A DNA stretch of 64,000 nucleotides, from the IMG/VR virus record IMGVR_UViG_3300044613_003659, positions 43,597 through 107,596 of that record; one strand, given 5' to 3'. A program made the translations under genes and the position numbers. The notes under the pieces are model-generated. The model was not told the origin of the DNA, did no database searches, and saw only the letters and a list, made by a program, of their open reading frames with translations. This document shows, one piece after another, positions 36,410 through 47,910 of this stretch (position 1 is its first letter; each line of letters opens with the position of its first letter). The DNA is from a virus.

Positions 36410-37388
36410 CCAAATTCTTTCCTTTGGCCTCGACCATGATGTCGGCCCAGGCACCATGTTCTAATGCCCACTCATTGCAAGCCGTGTTCCAAGCAAAGTC
36501 TGAATGTGCTCGTAATTTTTGTTTTTTGTAGCCTTGAGCTAAAAGATTCGTAAGATCTGGGCGTGTATTAGAGTCATGCCCCACCAAAACATCTTCCCTG
36601 CTAGTGCTGTAATGAATAACAGGGCGAACACCGCGCCAGCTATCCTGAATCCTCTTAATACGATAGTCTCTATGGTCAATATATTCTCCGCTTGCAATCC
36701 AATGATGATGTAGATCTAGTACCAATGCACAATCGTTGACCAGTTCGAGGCTGGCCTCAAGTCCCCAAGACATTTCGTCGTTTTCGATCGTGATACAGTT
36801 TCTTGCTTCAGGGCTGAGGCGTTGTAGTGCTGCACGGATTCCATCCGGGCCGCGTTTGCCTGAGATGTGGACATTGATTTTAAAGTCCTGGAACGAACGG
36901 CCGTAGCCCATCCATCTAGCCATATCTGCATGATATTCAAACTCCTGAATTGATCGTTCTACAATGTTATCATTTTCACTAGCTAGTACACAAAACTGAC
37001 CAGGATGAAAACTAAGTCGCACATCCAATCGTCTTGCAGTTTCGCCAATGGGTGCAAATATTTTCTCTAGATGTCGCTGCACATCTGCCTGTTGCCACCA
37101 CGCAATCCAATTGGGTTCAGTGTAGCCTTGCAACATTTCCGAACCCAAGCGCACCATTCTACGCTCAAGGGGCAATGTGGCTACACGCTCAACCATCTTA
37201 ACTGCCGCAGCAGCGTTGTGATTCATTATGTCCCACTGACGCTGTTCGGCCTCTTCGGGGTGTTCGCGCAGCCAACGCATGGTGGTACTACGTCCGTTGA
37301 GATCACGATCTTTGGCATTGACCTTCATGCCACCGCATTCGCTAGGATCATTTAACCATTTGCATGCAAAACCAATTCTTCCAATCAT
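36345..37388 (-). CDS. uvsE: UV damage endonuclease
   Basis: RIGFACK, RLSFHPGQF, IENDE, LDLHHHW, HSD and MVEAKGK motifs. Confidence 0.92.
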   Translation of the reverse strand: MIGRIGFACKWLNDPSECGGMKVNAKDRDLNGRSTTMRWLREHPEEAEQRQWDIMNHNAAAAVKMVERVATLPLERRMVRLGSEMLQGYTEPNWIAWWQQADVQRHLEKIFAPIGETARRLDVRLSFHPGQFCVLASENDNIVERSIQEFEYHADMARWMGYGRSFQDFKINVHISGKRGPDGIRAALQRLSPEARNCITIENDEMSWGLEASLELVNDCALVLDLHHHWIASGEYIDHRDYRIKRIQDSWRGVRPVIHYSTSREDVLVGHDSNTRPDLTNLLAQGYKKQKLRAHSDFAWNTACNEWALEHGAWADIMVEAKGKNLASQQLYDQQLDMVQLQQQDSV

Positions 37389-40222
37389 GAGTGCCTTATA
37401 ACATACATTGTAAGTTCTGCGTTTTTATCTACTAAAACACTGTCTTTGGGATATTTACGATATGTTTCTATGTATTCGCCTGTGCGACGATTGATTCGTT
37501 TTTTGATCACAGCTTCAATAATCAGCATCTTGTTGCTTAGTTTTGCAACTTTGCCGATCATGAGTCTATTGGCCTGAGGAAAGGCCACATAGTCATTTAC
37601 ACTAATTGATTTGCCAAGAGCGTCTGTGTGCATAGCAAGTTATTATAACAAGTCTTTAAGGGTAAGTCAATCATGCAAATCTTAATGCGAATTCGGTGGC
37701 AATGCGTTCATTTTTAAATATATAAACTGTAACACTTTCTTCAAGTGGCGCCTGATCGGCCATTGGATACTGCACATAGTAGAGCCAATCATCACCGTTT
37801 AACCAATGGCGAATTTCTCCTTCTCGACCACCGTATCGAATTGATCCTGTACCAGCATGAGTTTGCAACCATTCATTCACTTGATCGGTTTGCTTTTCCA
37901 TTTTTGGATATGGTATTCTTATTTCGCTTGGCATGTGTATTTTAGTGCAAATTCTACTATTTTTCTATGTGGAACTGTTTGGTGAAATCTAACAATTTTC
38001 CTTTGTTGATTTCCTTGAATTTCAAGATACCATTTGTCAGTAAAGCCACGAAATCTAGCAAACTGACTGATTGAACTAAAATGGTATGGTTTTGGTTTGC
38101 CAAAGTATTCACCCGCGGTGTGTCGATCTCTAACTTCTTCTATGTTGTTTACAAGCCAATCTATCATTTGCTTGTAATCGCCATCAACTATTTCAAATTC
38201 AATTGACCAATCTACAACATCAATCATTGATCAACTACTCCATTTTAATAAAAAAAGTGTAGCATCTTCTTGATTCTTAAAGGCAAAATACAAGCCATTT
38301 GAACGCCAAGTATTGCGTTCAAATGTATCAATACAATATGCTTCCAATCTACAAGCCTGTTCCCAAGCATCCGGTTCAGGAGTCATACGAAATTGATGAG
38401 GCCAATGCCGTCTGTTATAAACTTGCATTAAAGATAATCATCTTGGTAAGGAACTACAATCCAACCCAATTGTTTAAGATCCATTTGAACTTCATCTGTG
38501 ATATGAGATTCGTGAACAAACCCTTGTTTAAGGTGGCCTTCATCTCCAACAAATCCCATACCCGAACAGTACCAATCCATGTAGTCGCCTTGACAGCGAA
38601 TATCCGCTACCAATCCGCCGGCATAACGCCAGGTACAACTCCATGTCTGATCTGTCAACACAGGTATTACTTCTAGTTTTTGAAAAGAATTATTACATAA
38701 TGCAGCATACACATTTTGAGCGTAGCTTTCACTATCTCGCACTTTATCTACAAACCACTTGGTATCTTTCATATCACGTTCTAAACTAGGTTCCATTATT
38801 GTCCTTGCCAACGTAATTGAAATAACAAAGCATCCTGCTCGTTATAGAATTCAAACTCGTAACGAATGTGCCATTCGGGCTCCTCGCCTAGTACATCGAA
38901 GCTAAAAGCATTGCTATTTTCGTAGATCAACCAACTAACAAAACTAGGGCAATTTTCAACTGCCCATTCTCTTAGCTGATCTTCATCAATATCGTATAAG
39001 GTTACTATTGCCATCTTAATAAAAAATTACTAGCATCTGCTTGGTCTTCTATGACCACAACCATGCCTTGTTGATGATTACGCCCTCTAGGCAAACATTC
39101 GTCCATCCAAGTATATATCTCTTTTTCATTGTTGGTCCACCAACGATAATCACTTATAATGATATAATAGTGTGGCATTTCCTCGTCAAAAGGACCAGTG
39201 GCAATAAATCTACCTTTTTTATCTTCCCACAGTGTTGACATTTTTATTTTTTTGTAAACATAAAGATTGGTATTGATCTTGATTGGTTTTAATTGATTCT
39301 ACCCATTTTGCTCTTGCAGCCATACACTCTTCGTGAGTAGGATACTCTTTAGTATACACAAACTTCATTGACGGCGATGGGTCGTTCCAAAATTGTATGC
39401 TTAATAGCCAAACAGTGATCATTTCCATATTATCCCCATTTAAGTAAAAACATAGTTACTTCTTCTTCGTTGCGAAATTTAAAGGTATCAAACGATGTTC
39501 TGCGTCCGCACCTATTGTACATACACCATTCTTGTATTGGCTCAAGATTACTTTCTCTCAATCCAGTTTGAGTTATTGGTCCGTGATCATATGCAATTCT
39601 GGCAATTAAAATTAAAGGATATGCTGCATCTCTTTCCCACACAATTTTCATGTAATCTTTACACGATTTTTTACAGCACGGTTACTATACATACTATGAC
39701 CACGCGATCTAAACAAATTGGCCGCCGACTGTGGATCAGTTTCAAACATCTGTTCAATATCTTGTTTGCTGATACTATGGTCACAGTCTATGGCATAAAG
39801 TTCATAATGGCGGTGTGCGTTAACTTGAGCACGAAGAATCATGCTTTGGACGAGAGTGTACACTGGATTACGGACTGGATCTTGATTATTTAACACACGA
39901 AATGTGTTATCTCGATCAATGTGCTCGTATTCAGTAATCGGAACTACACTTTCCAAGCCTTCTTCACACCAATAAACTAGATAAGCATTAGTAGTCATAG
40001 ATATTTCAATTGAAAGAAAGTTGCCCGAGCCGGATCCTTGAAATCCAATCTCATGTCCTCTTGCCACCCGGTTTCGTAATACCATTCTCTGTAATTGCGA
40101 CTGGTAAAACCCAATTCTCTTTCTACCCTTGACCGGATCAAGAAGAAAGTATCCCCGTATTCTTGAGTGATACGAGTTCTAATATCCGACCAATGTTTTT
40201 TATTTAGAACTAAGGTAGTCAT
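37385..40222 (-). other. Array of about 11 small hypothetical genes, 7 sharing a C-terminal F-x-L-(K/R)-(W/F/Y) motif
   Basis: ORFs 37671, 37919, 38231, 38796, 39005, 39430 and 39995 share the motif. Confidence 0.7.
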
Positions 40223-40248
40223 ACTGCATTATAGCAGTATATTTGAAA

Positions 40249-41508
40249 TCAGTCAATTATTCCGAAGTTGGCCCAATTGGCTCCACCTAGGCAAATCCAT
40301 CCTAACGGTCCGCCTGGATTTGGGTTAGTGTTCCAAACCACATGGCATCTTTCACTAACAAAATTTGGGGGAGTACTGGAAGTGGTGAATCTCATTTGAC
40401 CTACTCTAAGATCGTCAATTTGAGTAGACCCATCTTCGGAAAGTACAATGTTATCCTTGTTATTTGAAGTAATAACCAATTTCTGTTGTCTAGACGTACC
40501 AATTAAACCAACATCTCTAGATTTTTTCTTGGCAATTATTTCAATTTCATCGTCCCAGACGCTTAAAGCAGCAGATGGTTCAATTGTATTAATGCCCACT
40601 CTTTTTGGAGTAACGTAAAAAGTTTGAGCAATAATGCTTTCACCACTTACTCTAAGTTCCTTTAGTTCTCCTAGTGTTTGCAAATTACTATTAACTATTG
40701 TAGAACCTAATGCATTTGTAGTAGCTAGTTCAGATCCGTTTAAAGTTATTTTATTTAGATCTAGTCCATCTTTTTTAATTTTATCAAAAACAATATTACT
40801 AAAATTATCAAATAAACTTTGGTTAATTGTACTTAATGTGCTTGAAGTTGTACTTGAAACTATAGATCTAAAAAATTTAGAATCTTCGGGTATATTTCCA
40901 TTAACAGCAAAATCACCATTGATTGTCATAGTACCTTGTACTGTTAAATCTTGGGTGAGGAGATTATTTTCAACAACTACACTGTCGTCTAATATAGTAA
41001 GTGCTACTTGCGAAGCACGATCTTCTATACCTGTACTACCAAAGTTTTCAATTATGCCGCCATTGACATTATCGCCAGATATCCTAAGATTACTCAATTT
41101 AAGTGCAGCAGGATCAATACTACTTGGGGGAAAAACAAATTCTGAAATTCTATCTGCAATTAATACACTTACTGATGTGTTTAATGCTCGGTCCAAATCA
41201 ATTGTAGAAAACTTTTCGCTTACCTTTAGTTCTACTAATTGGTTTGTTTTCTCTTGAATTGTGTCAAGAGAAGTGCGTATTTTATCTACTATTCTGTTTT
41301 CTAATTTTCTGGGATCAATTGAATATTCACTGATTCTTTTTTCAATCGCGAGATTAGTAGCATCCTGAATGTGTGACGTATAGTCATATGAAACAAGTCT
41401 ATTGTTAATAGCAGCACTAATTGCACTGTCAACCTTTACAATTACATTAGATGTAATGTCTGCTATTAACTCTTCAACTATTTTTGTTAAATGTGTATTA
41501 ATTTCCAT
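40249..41508 (-). CDS. Hypothetical protein, probably structural (helical N-terminus, fibre-like C-terminus)
   Basis: RVGINT...GWICLGGANWANFG. Confidence 0.55.
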   Translation of the reverse strand: MEINTHLTKIVEELIADITSNVIVKVDSAISAAINNRLVSYDYTSHIQDATNLAIEKRISEYSIDPRKLENRIVDKIRTSLDTIQEKTNQLVELKVSEKFSTIDLDRALNTSVSVLIADRISEFVFPPSSIDPAALKLSNLRISGDNVNGGIIENFGSTGIEDRASQVALTILDDSVVVENNLLTQDLTVQGTMTINGDFAVNGNIPEDSKFFRSIVSSTTSSTLSTINQSLFDNFSNIVFDKIKKDGLDLNKITLNGSELATTNALGSTIVNSNLQTLGELKELRVSGESIIAQTFYVTPKRVGINTIEPSAALSVWDDEIEIIAKKKSRDVGLIGTSRQQKLVITSNNKDNIVLSEDGSTQIDDLRVGQMRFTTSSTPPNFVSERCHVVWNTNPNPGGPLGWICLGGANWANFGIID

Positions 41509-42235
41509 TATTAAATCGAATACTAATTACGTGTTCGTAATTTTTTTTGATTAAACTTTTATACATTAAATTTTTGTGTACGTGAAAACTAGCTGCTCCA
41601 GCATCATGACTAAATTTTGCTAATTGTTTAAAAAACATAATTTTTTTTGCATACGGACCAAAATTTTCAAAATTATTACCGTTTATTTTATACAAACTAG
41701 TTTGCCATGAATTTCTATCTTGCGCATCGTAGTTATGAAATTCTAAAAATATATTGTTATCATTTCCGTTTTTAATTAAAGCAGGTAATGAAAATTCTTT
41801 GTCCTTAAATTCTTGATTTTTGTAGTCTCTACATGTAGTTATGATATAGTCGGTGGCCAGTCTACATATTTCTATAACTTTATTTTTTTGCTCAATTTCG
41901 TCTTTAGCAAAAGTAAAAAATTCATCTAAAGCTATAACTACGTCAAACTTTTTAGCATACATAGTTAAATCTTTGTATTCAATAAAATTAAATTTGACCC
42001 CAGCTTTATTAAGATAATTTTTTACATTATTAGAAACTTCAGTAACATAAATTGTTTTTGTATTATCAATTAATATTAAAGGGTTAAATCCAATATATAA
42101 TACATTAGATGGGCTATAGTTATGGAAATACGAAACTTCGTCTAGTATTTCTTTTTTTCTTTTAAGTATTTCGTTTTGCTTTGTATGCAGTAAAAATGCC
42201 TGCATTAGACAATCAGTATAACTTTCAAAACTCAT
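41498..42235 (-). CDS. Methyltransferase-like protein
   Basis: NVLYIG...FDVVIALDEFFTF Rossmann-like pattern. Confidence 0.45.
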   Translation of the reverse strand: MSFESYTDCLMQAFLLHTKQNEILKRKKEILDEVSYFHNYSPSNVLYIGFNPLILIDNTKTIYVTEVSNNVKNYLNKAGVKFNFIEYKDLTMYAKKFDVVIALDEFFTFAKDEIEQKNKVIEICRLATDYIITTCRDYKNQEFKDKEFSLPALIKNGNDNNIFLEFHNYDAQDRNSWQTSLYKINGNNFENFGPYAKKIMFFKQLAKFSHDAGAASFHVHKNLMYKSLIKKNYEHVISIRFNNGN

Positions 42236-42263
42236 GATAACCTTTTTTTTTATTGTTAGTTAT

Positions 42264-43190
42264 TTATTGAGTTTGACGTACTATGTCTAGCGTAACACAA
42301 TGAAAACCACCACCTAATGTCCTAGAATGCCGTAATTCTAGCGGTATTACAGTAAAATTATAAGATTCTAGTATCCTAATGAGTTTATGTTGATGTTTGT
42401 CTACTATTACAGTATTTGGATCAATCACTAACATGTTTAGTGCTATCCATTTACTGGCATAAGGATATTGATAAAATCCTTGTTCTATAATGTCATCATC
42501 AGTTATCCAAATTACATCCCACGTACTGAATACATTTGGTAAGTTATCTTCATTGCCTACACGACTAGCATTAACAAGGACTAGGCCTTCGCGCAAAGGA
42601 ACTATAGTGCTGTCAATATGTACTCCTGAATAAAATTTACAAATTTCAAATTTGACATTGTGAAACTTAGTCATTAACCAATGCGCGGCTTGATAATTAC
42701 CACTTACGCTTTCCAAATATAATATTTTGTCATTTAATCTAAGAGCATTAGCAGCATCCATTATGTACCTATCATTACGAGGCATACGATGAACAATATT
42801 GGCGCGATAGATAATGTCGTCGAGTGCTTCTATCTCCATATCTCTGCAAGGATACATCATAGCAGGATCCACTATTGTGTCACCATAGATAAACAATCTG
42901 TCTCTAGGACAATAACCGTACATACCGCCTAACTCTTGATAGTTAAGTGCTCGCGGTCTATGTACTATAACACCGTAATTTTCCAATGTTTGTGCCAAAA
43001 TGTCTAAGTCCTCGTTGGCTTCGTCAATGATCCAATCAGGTACCGGCCCACTGGGCACTGGGCTTGCTTGCCATGTTGTCTTTTCACTTTCTTTAGAAAA
43101 CACAGGATCATCCGAGGGCCAATTGGCAAAATCTGCTCGACCTACAACAACTTCTTTGAGAGAATCCCATTCGTTGTAACTATTAATCAT
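42264..43190 (-). CDS. Amidinotransferase (glycine/inosamine-phosphate family)
   Basis: NSYNEWDSLKEVVVG, CPRD, DAAN, HIDST and GGGFHCVTLD motifs. Confidence 0.92.
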   Translation of the reverse strand: MINSYNEWDSLKEVVVGRADFANWPSDDPVFSKESEKTTWQASPVPSGPVPDWIIDEANEDLDILAQTLENYGVIVHRPRALNYQELGGMYGYCPRDRLFIYGDTIVDPAMMYPCRDMEIEALDDIIYRANIVHRMPRNDRYIMDAANALRLNDKILYLESVSGNYQAAHWLMTKFHNVKFEICKFYSGVHIDSTIVPLREGLVLVNASRVGNEDNLPNVFSTWDVIWITDDDIIEQGFYQYPYASKWIALNMLVIDPNTVIVDKHQHKLIRILESYNFTVIPLELRHSRTLGGGFHCVTLDIVRQTQ

Positions 43191-43699
43191 ATGTGCCCTG
43201 TTACCTGAAGAGTATATCTTGGTGTAGTACCTAAGTTAGCTGCCATATGAGGAGCGTTCCAATCCCAGGTTAATGTAAAACCTTTTATGTAACCAGTGTA
43301 GGCTGTATTACAACATTCAACATAATGTCCTGATTGCCAATCTTCTAAGAAAATTACTGCACGTCTAATTGTATCTTCCTTGCCCTTGAGATTAAACAAT
43401 TCAATGTATCTTTTATATGTGTCAACATGCATCAGGAGCATTGTACCCGGATCCATTCTGTAATACGAAGTGCCTATATTTTTCCATTCTAAATGCTGAA
43501 AAAAGTCTATAATTTCTTTATTCCACAATGGTTGGCTATTACGCATATCGCACATGTAGCCGCCAAATGGTCCTCTGAATCCTGCATCTTCCCAGTCAAT
43601 CATAGTAGCAGGATCATTGAACTGTTCTTTCTTATAATTTAAATTTTTATATTCTTCATCCCAAAAAGGATCAAGATGAAAGTATTCGTGTGTTGCCAT
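43187..43699 (-). CDS. 2OG-Fe(II)/cupin hydroxylase-like protein
   Basis: HVD...HMAAN...RYTLQVTG. Confidence 0.7.
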   Translation of the reverse strand: MATHEYFHLDPFWDEEYKNLNYKKEQFNDPATMIDWEDAGFRGPFGGYMCDMRNSQPLWNKEIIDFFQHLEWKNIGTSYYRMDPGTMLLMHVDTYKRYIELFNLKGKEDTIRRAVIFLEDWQSGHYVECCNTAYTGYIKGFTLTWDWNAPHMAANLGTTPRYTLQVTGHI

Positions 43700-44903
43700 A
43701 ATATATTACCTCATAATCTTTGTCTGAAACAAATTGTCGCCATGGATCAACAATTACACTACCTTCTGCAAGTTTCACGTACAATTCTTGTTCGTTATTT
43801 TCTCCGGTATACCCGTAAGTTATTTTTCTAGAATGTGCAAGAAACGCTATAACAGGTACGTCTTTAAATGGTGGTGCGTCACCGGTCAGCGGGTCTATGT
43901 AATAAAATTTAGTTTGCAGTTCTTCTAGGTAATATCCTAATAGTAGACTGTAACTTCCATCACAATATTCTACGTCTGGTTTATATGCCTTGCCTAGAAC
44001 AAAAATAGGCAAGTTTCTCTCAACTTGTATTTTTTTCAAAAACTTGGCTAAGTTTCTTGCTTGTATTTCTCTTGCATGAATAATTGTATCAAAAAAGTCA
44101 TATCCAAGACTTAAATTTTCTGCTAGCCAACGTAGTGCAATATTATCTCTAGGATGACAAGGTCCAGCATCTCCCATGCCTGCTTTCATATATTTTGGGC
44201 TCATAATACGAATAGTACTATGGGCTAAAGCATCGGTCACTACATCAACATTAATGTTACCATTTTTCATTGCTACATCTTGTATCATGTTAACTATACC
44301 CACTTTTGTACTAATAAAAGTGTTATAAAATATTTTTATAGATTCTGCTTCGTCCCATGTTCCTACAATATATCTAGGATCGTTTTGCATTACAGGTGTG
44401 TAAAAATCTATTAATTCTTGAGCGTCACCTGTCTGCGATCCATCTTCTGTACCAATTATAATCATCTCAGGATTTACCATATCCCATTCAACTGAACCCA
44501 TTGCTATAAGATATGGATTGTATATAAATCTTGCATTAGTTAAACATGGACGTAGTTCTCTTCTAACGGTGCCAGGTAAAACTGTAGATATTAACACAAC
44601 TAATTGATTTGGTGTTGCCCAGGCATCAATTTGATTTAGAACATCTTTTACAATTGTATAATCAAAATCTTTGTTTGGTAAATGTGTGATTGGCTTAGAA
44701 CCATCATAAGCAGGATCGTGCGGTGTCTGAACTGCAACAAATACGATATCTTTGCCAACAACAGCGCCACGTAAATTATCTGAAATTTTAATTTTGTCGC
44801 TTTGCTTTGGGTAAATATCATAACCAGTTACATCATACTGTGCAGACAAAACCTCTGCACAAGACATACCTAATTTACCTAAACCTATAAATCCAACTTT
44901 CAT
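43671..44903 (-). CDS. UDP-glucose/GDP-mannose dehydrogenase family protein
   Basis: GFIGLGKLG, STVLPGT, KIFYN, GPCHPRD and GKAYKP motifs. Confidence 0.9.
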   Translation of the reverse strand: MKVGFIGLGKLGMSCAEVLSAQYDVTGYDIYPKQSDKIKISDNLRGAVVGKDIVFVAVQTPHDPAYDGSKPITHLPNKDFDYTIVKDVLNQIDAWATPNQLVVLISTVLPGTVRRELRPCLTNARFIYNPYLIAMGSVEWDMVNPEMIIIGTEDGSQTGDAQELIDFYTPVMQNDPRYIVGTWDEAESIKIFYNTFISTKVGIVNMIQDVAMKNGNINVDVVTDALAHSTIRIMSPKYMKAGMGDAGPCHPRDNIALRWLAENLSLGYDFFDTIIHAREIQARNLAKFLKKIQVERNLPIFVLGKAYKPDVEYCDGSYSLLLGYYLEELQTKFYYIDPLTGDAPPFKDVPVIAFLAHSRKITYGYTGENNEQELYVKLAEGSVIVDPWRQFVSDKDYEVIYYGNTRILSS

Positions 44904-44904
44904 T

Positions 44905-46125
44905 ATGATCTCCTACAATCGATTTTATGAGTTATTTCACGAAGTTTTTTGTTACCCTAATCATTTAACATCATATGGATTTATACCAAGCTATTCTACT
45001 AAAATTGAAAATTTTGTTCCTTTTAATTTTGGCAATAAGTTTGATTTAAATTTTGATATAAACGGTCAATTATTTTGGTGGTGCGAAGAACCTATTAATT
45101 ATGAAGATTTTGAAAATCTGCATTATTATCCATTAGGTACAGATGTAGTACCATTTGACTTTAGTAAAGGGACTGATAGTATGATTCCGCCTATAAGTTG
45201 TATGGAAGCCGATGTTCATATTTCAATTGTCGCCAATTCAGAAAAAAGTAAAATGAAAAATAATCTGTTAAAAAAATACAATTATAAAGATTGGTATTTT
45301 TTCTTTCACGGGTTTGCTGCACTTGACTGGTTTCGTGATTTTAAATATATGCAAAAAAGTGATATCAAAATAACAAAATTATTTATCTGTTTAAATCACA
45401 TATTGGATAAAAAAAGAAATTATAGGTTGAATTTACTTAATCAATTATTTCACCATAATTTAGATAAGGTAGGAAATATATCTGCTCCTAAATTAACCAC
45501 AAATCTAATAAAAGATGAAATTTTTGATCCGTATTCATTGTTAAGTGTTCAAACTAAAAAAGATATATATAAAAATCTTTATTCTAAAGCGCAACCAATT
45601 ATTTTGGATAACAAAAATAGTTTTAAAACAGTAAGTGCAGACATTATAGAAAATACGTTTGCATTAAGTTCTTTGTGGCATATTGTTCCAGAAACTATTT
45701 TTTATGATGAAAAGTTACATTTAACGGAGAAAATTTTTAAGCCAATAGTAATTAAAAGACCTTTTATTTTAATTGGCGCACCCGGTAATCTAGCATATCT
45801 CAAAGAATACGGTTTTCAAACGTTTGATCGCTGGATCAATGAAGATTACGATAACGAACCAGATCCTGATTTAAGAATTCAAAAAGCGATTGGGGAACTA
45901 AAGAAACTACAAAATAAAAATTTGACTGAGATGTATAATGAAATGTTACCTGTGCTTGAATTTAATCATGCTCATTTTTTTGGAAAATTTAGAGAAATAA
46001 TAGTAGATGAAGCTATAGAAAATTTTAAAAAAGCTATGTTTATGTATAACAAAGATTTATCTTTTAGATTCCGATTGCCTGAAGTTTTAGACTTTGACTT
46101 AATAAGAAGACATTTATTATTTTAA
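44905..46125 (+). CDS. Glycosyltransferase-like protein
   Basis: IVPET...LTEKIFKPI...GFQTF...INEDYD. Confidence 0.55.
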   Translation: MISYNRFYELFHEVFCYPNHLTSYGFIPSYSTKIENFVPFNFGNKFDLNFDINGQLFWWCEEPINYEDFENLHYYPLGTDVVPFDFSKGTDSMIPPISCMEADVHISIVANSEKSKMKNNLLKKYNYKDWYFFFHGFAALDWFRDFKYMQKSDIKITKLFICLNHILDKKRNYRLNLLNQLFHHNLDKVGNISAPKLTTNLIKDEIFDPYSLLSVQTKKDIYKNLYSKAQPIILDNKNSFKTVSADIIENTFALSSLWHIVPETIFYDEKLHLTEKIFKPIVIKRPFILIGAPGNLAYLKEYGFQTFDRWINEDYDNEPDPDLRIQKAIGELKKLQNKNLTEMYNEMLPVLEFNHAHFFGKFREIIVDEAIENFKKAMFMYNKDLSFRFRLPEVLDFDLIRRHLLF

Positions 46126-46874
46126 ATTTTTCTTTCTATTGCACTAACAATCAACTGCTCCATATCATGTATCCTTGTTCTTGTTGTCTTTGAATTTAAT
46201 ACAACAAATAATTTTTTTTGATTGTTTATATAAAGACTCATTACTAAACAGCCTCCGGAAGCTCTTACGTAACCTGTTTTACTGACCAAAACGTCATATT
46301 TGCCTACCAGTGGATTGGTATTAGAGTATTTCCATTTTAATATTTTTTTCTTTTTGGATTTAATAATTTCTCCAACTAATTTATTACTAGCAGATACAAT
46401 TACAGGATATTTTTCCGCTGCCAACAATAATTTTATCAAATCTGTAGGGGTACTAACATTGCGATTATCTAAACCACTGCTGTCAAAAAATGATGTACGA
46501 GTCATTCCTAGTACATCTGCTTTGTGATTCATATCTTCAATACACTGCCGGTAACCTCTATGATAATTTTCGCATAACATTTTAGCAGCAACATTATCAG
46601 ATTTGATAATAGCCAAATTTAAAAGCTGTTCTCTAGTTATATATAATCCTTTAAATTTCTTTTTTAAAGGTGTATTTAGATTTTCATTAGCATCTAATAC
46701 TACCATAGCAGTCATTAGTTTTGTTATACTTGCTATTGGCTGTACTATTTCTATGTTTTCTGATTCTAAAACTTTTCCTTCTCCATCTGCAATCAGCCAA
46801 GATTTAGCTTGTATCTGAGCTGCATAGGAATAGTTTACCAAAGAGAATAAAACTACTGCGACAATATTTTTCAT
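46122..46874 (-). CDS. D-Ala-D-Ala peptidase S11 (PBP7-like)
   Basis: Signal peptide; SITK, SDN and KTG motifs. Confidence 0.9.
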   Translation of the reverse strand: MKNIVAVVLFSLVNYSYAAQIQAKSWLIADGEGKVLESENIEIVQPIASITKLMTAMVVLDANENLNTPLKKKFKGLYITREQLLNLAIIKSDNVAAKMLCENYHRGYRQCIEDMNHKADVLGMTRTSFFDSSGLDNRNVSTPTDLIKLLLAAEKYPVIVSASNKLVGEIIKSKKKKILKWKYSNTNPLVGKYDVLVSKTGYVRASGGCLVMSLYINNQKKLFVVLNSKTTRTRIHDMEQLIVSAIERKI

Positions 46875-46898
46875 ATGTAAAAGTAAAGAACCTAAGAA

Positions 46899-47558
46899 TC
46901 AATTTTCTGGAAGACTTGTCCAAGCAATTAAGGCACGCTTGTTTTTAATATTATTAGCTATAAAATTGTCGCTTGTGTGAAATTTATATCTACTTGCTGC
47001 AAACAATGAACCTTTTTTCCATTGAAAAATATCTTCTATTGTCAACCAATAAAAATACGAAAGCGGAATATGGGAAAAGTATTTGTTATAATCATGAGTG
47101 CTAATTAACAAAGTGTCTGACCTTGGATTTTCTTTAAAATAAACCTCGGGATCTTTTATTTGGCTTTGTTCATTAAAAACAATAGTGTGGCTGTTAACAT
47201 CAAATAAGGGTATAATAAAGGTCCATGCCGGCACAGGTGCTTTGGCAACTACAGCACCTCCGCTGTCTACGTCGCTATGCACTGAATAGGGATCAAATGC
47301 ATCAAAAATGTGTATCTGTTGAATATTTAAATCAGGACCAAATTCTTTGGTGAATTTTGATTGTAAAATATCATACACACAATCATTATTTTTATCATAA
47401 TAATCAAAACAATAATAATGCCCTGACATTACGTTTTGTCCGTTTTGCGATTGGTTCCAATTTTCCCAAGGTTTGAAATTAGACATTACATAATTTTCAA
47501 TAAATTCTATTTCAGAGTCTGACAAAAAATTAGGAATAGTTCGAGTATCAATATTCAT
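46899..47558 (-). CDS. 2OG-Fe(II) oxygenase-like protein
   Basis: HSD...WTFIIPL...HTS...KRAL. Confidence 0.55.
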   Translation of the reverse strand: MNIDTRTIPNFLSDSEIEFIENYVMSNFKPWENWNQSQNGQNVMSGHYYCFDYYDKNNDCVYDILQSKFTKEFGPDLNIQQIHIFDAFDPYSVHSDVDSGGAVVAKAPVPAWTFIIPLFDVNSHTIVFNEQSQIKDPEVYFKENPRSDTLLISTHDYNKYFSHIPLSYFYWLTIEDIFQWKKGSLFAASRYKFHTSDNFIANNIKNKRALIAWTSLPEN

Positions 47559-47910
47559 AATGTTGTAAGTAATTAAATATTTTAAAGCATAATCTATGGA
47601 TTGTCAATCGCCTGCTATTTTTTATCGCAAGTTATTTATAGAAATTAATAATATCAGCAACTTCAATTATTGGTAGATTCAAAACACGAGCTATGGCCAC
47701 TACAGAATATCCTTGAAAATACAAGTTAAGAACAATTTTAATAACGCCAGGATTTTTTGCCATGTTGTAAGTTATGTTTCTTTATTATTGTCTCTACAGC
47801 GTCTTGAGGATACCGTAATCGCAAACAAATTTCTTCTACTGTGTATCCATGATCACTGTACATACGACTAACAATATATGCATTGGCGGTAGCAGTAAAT
47901 TCATATTTAC

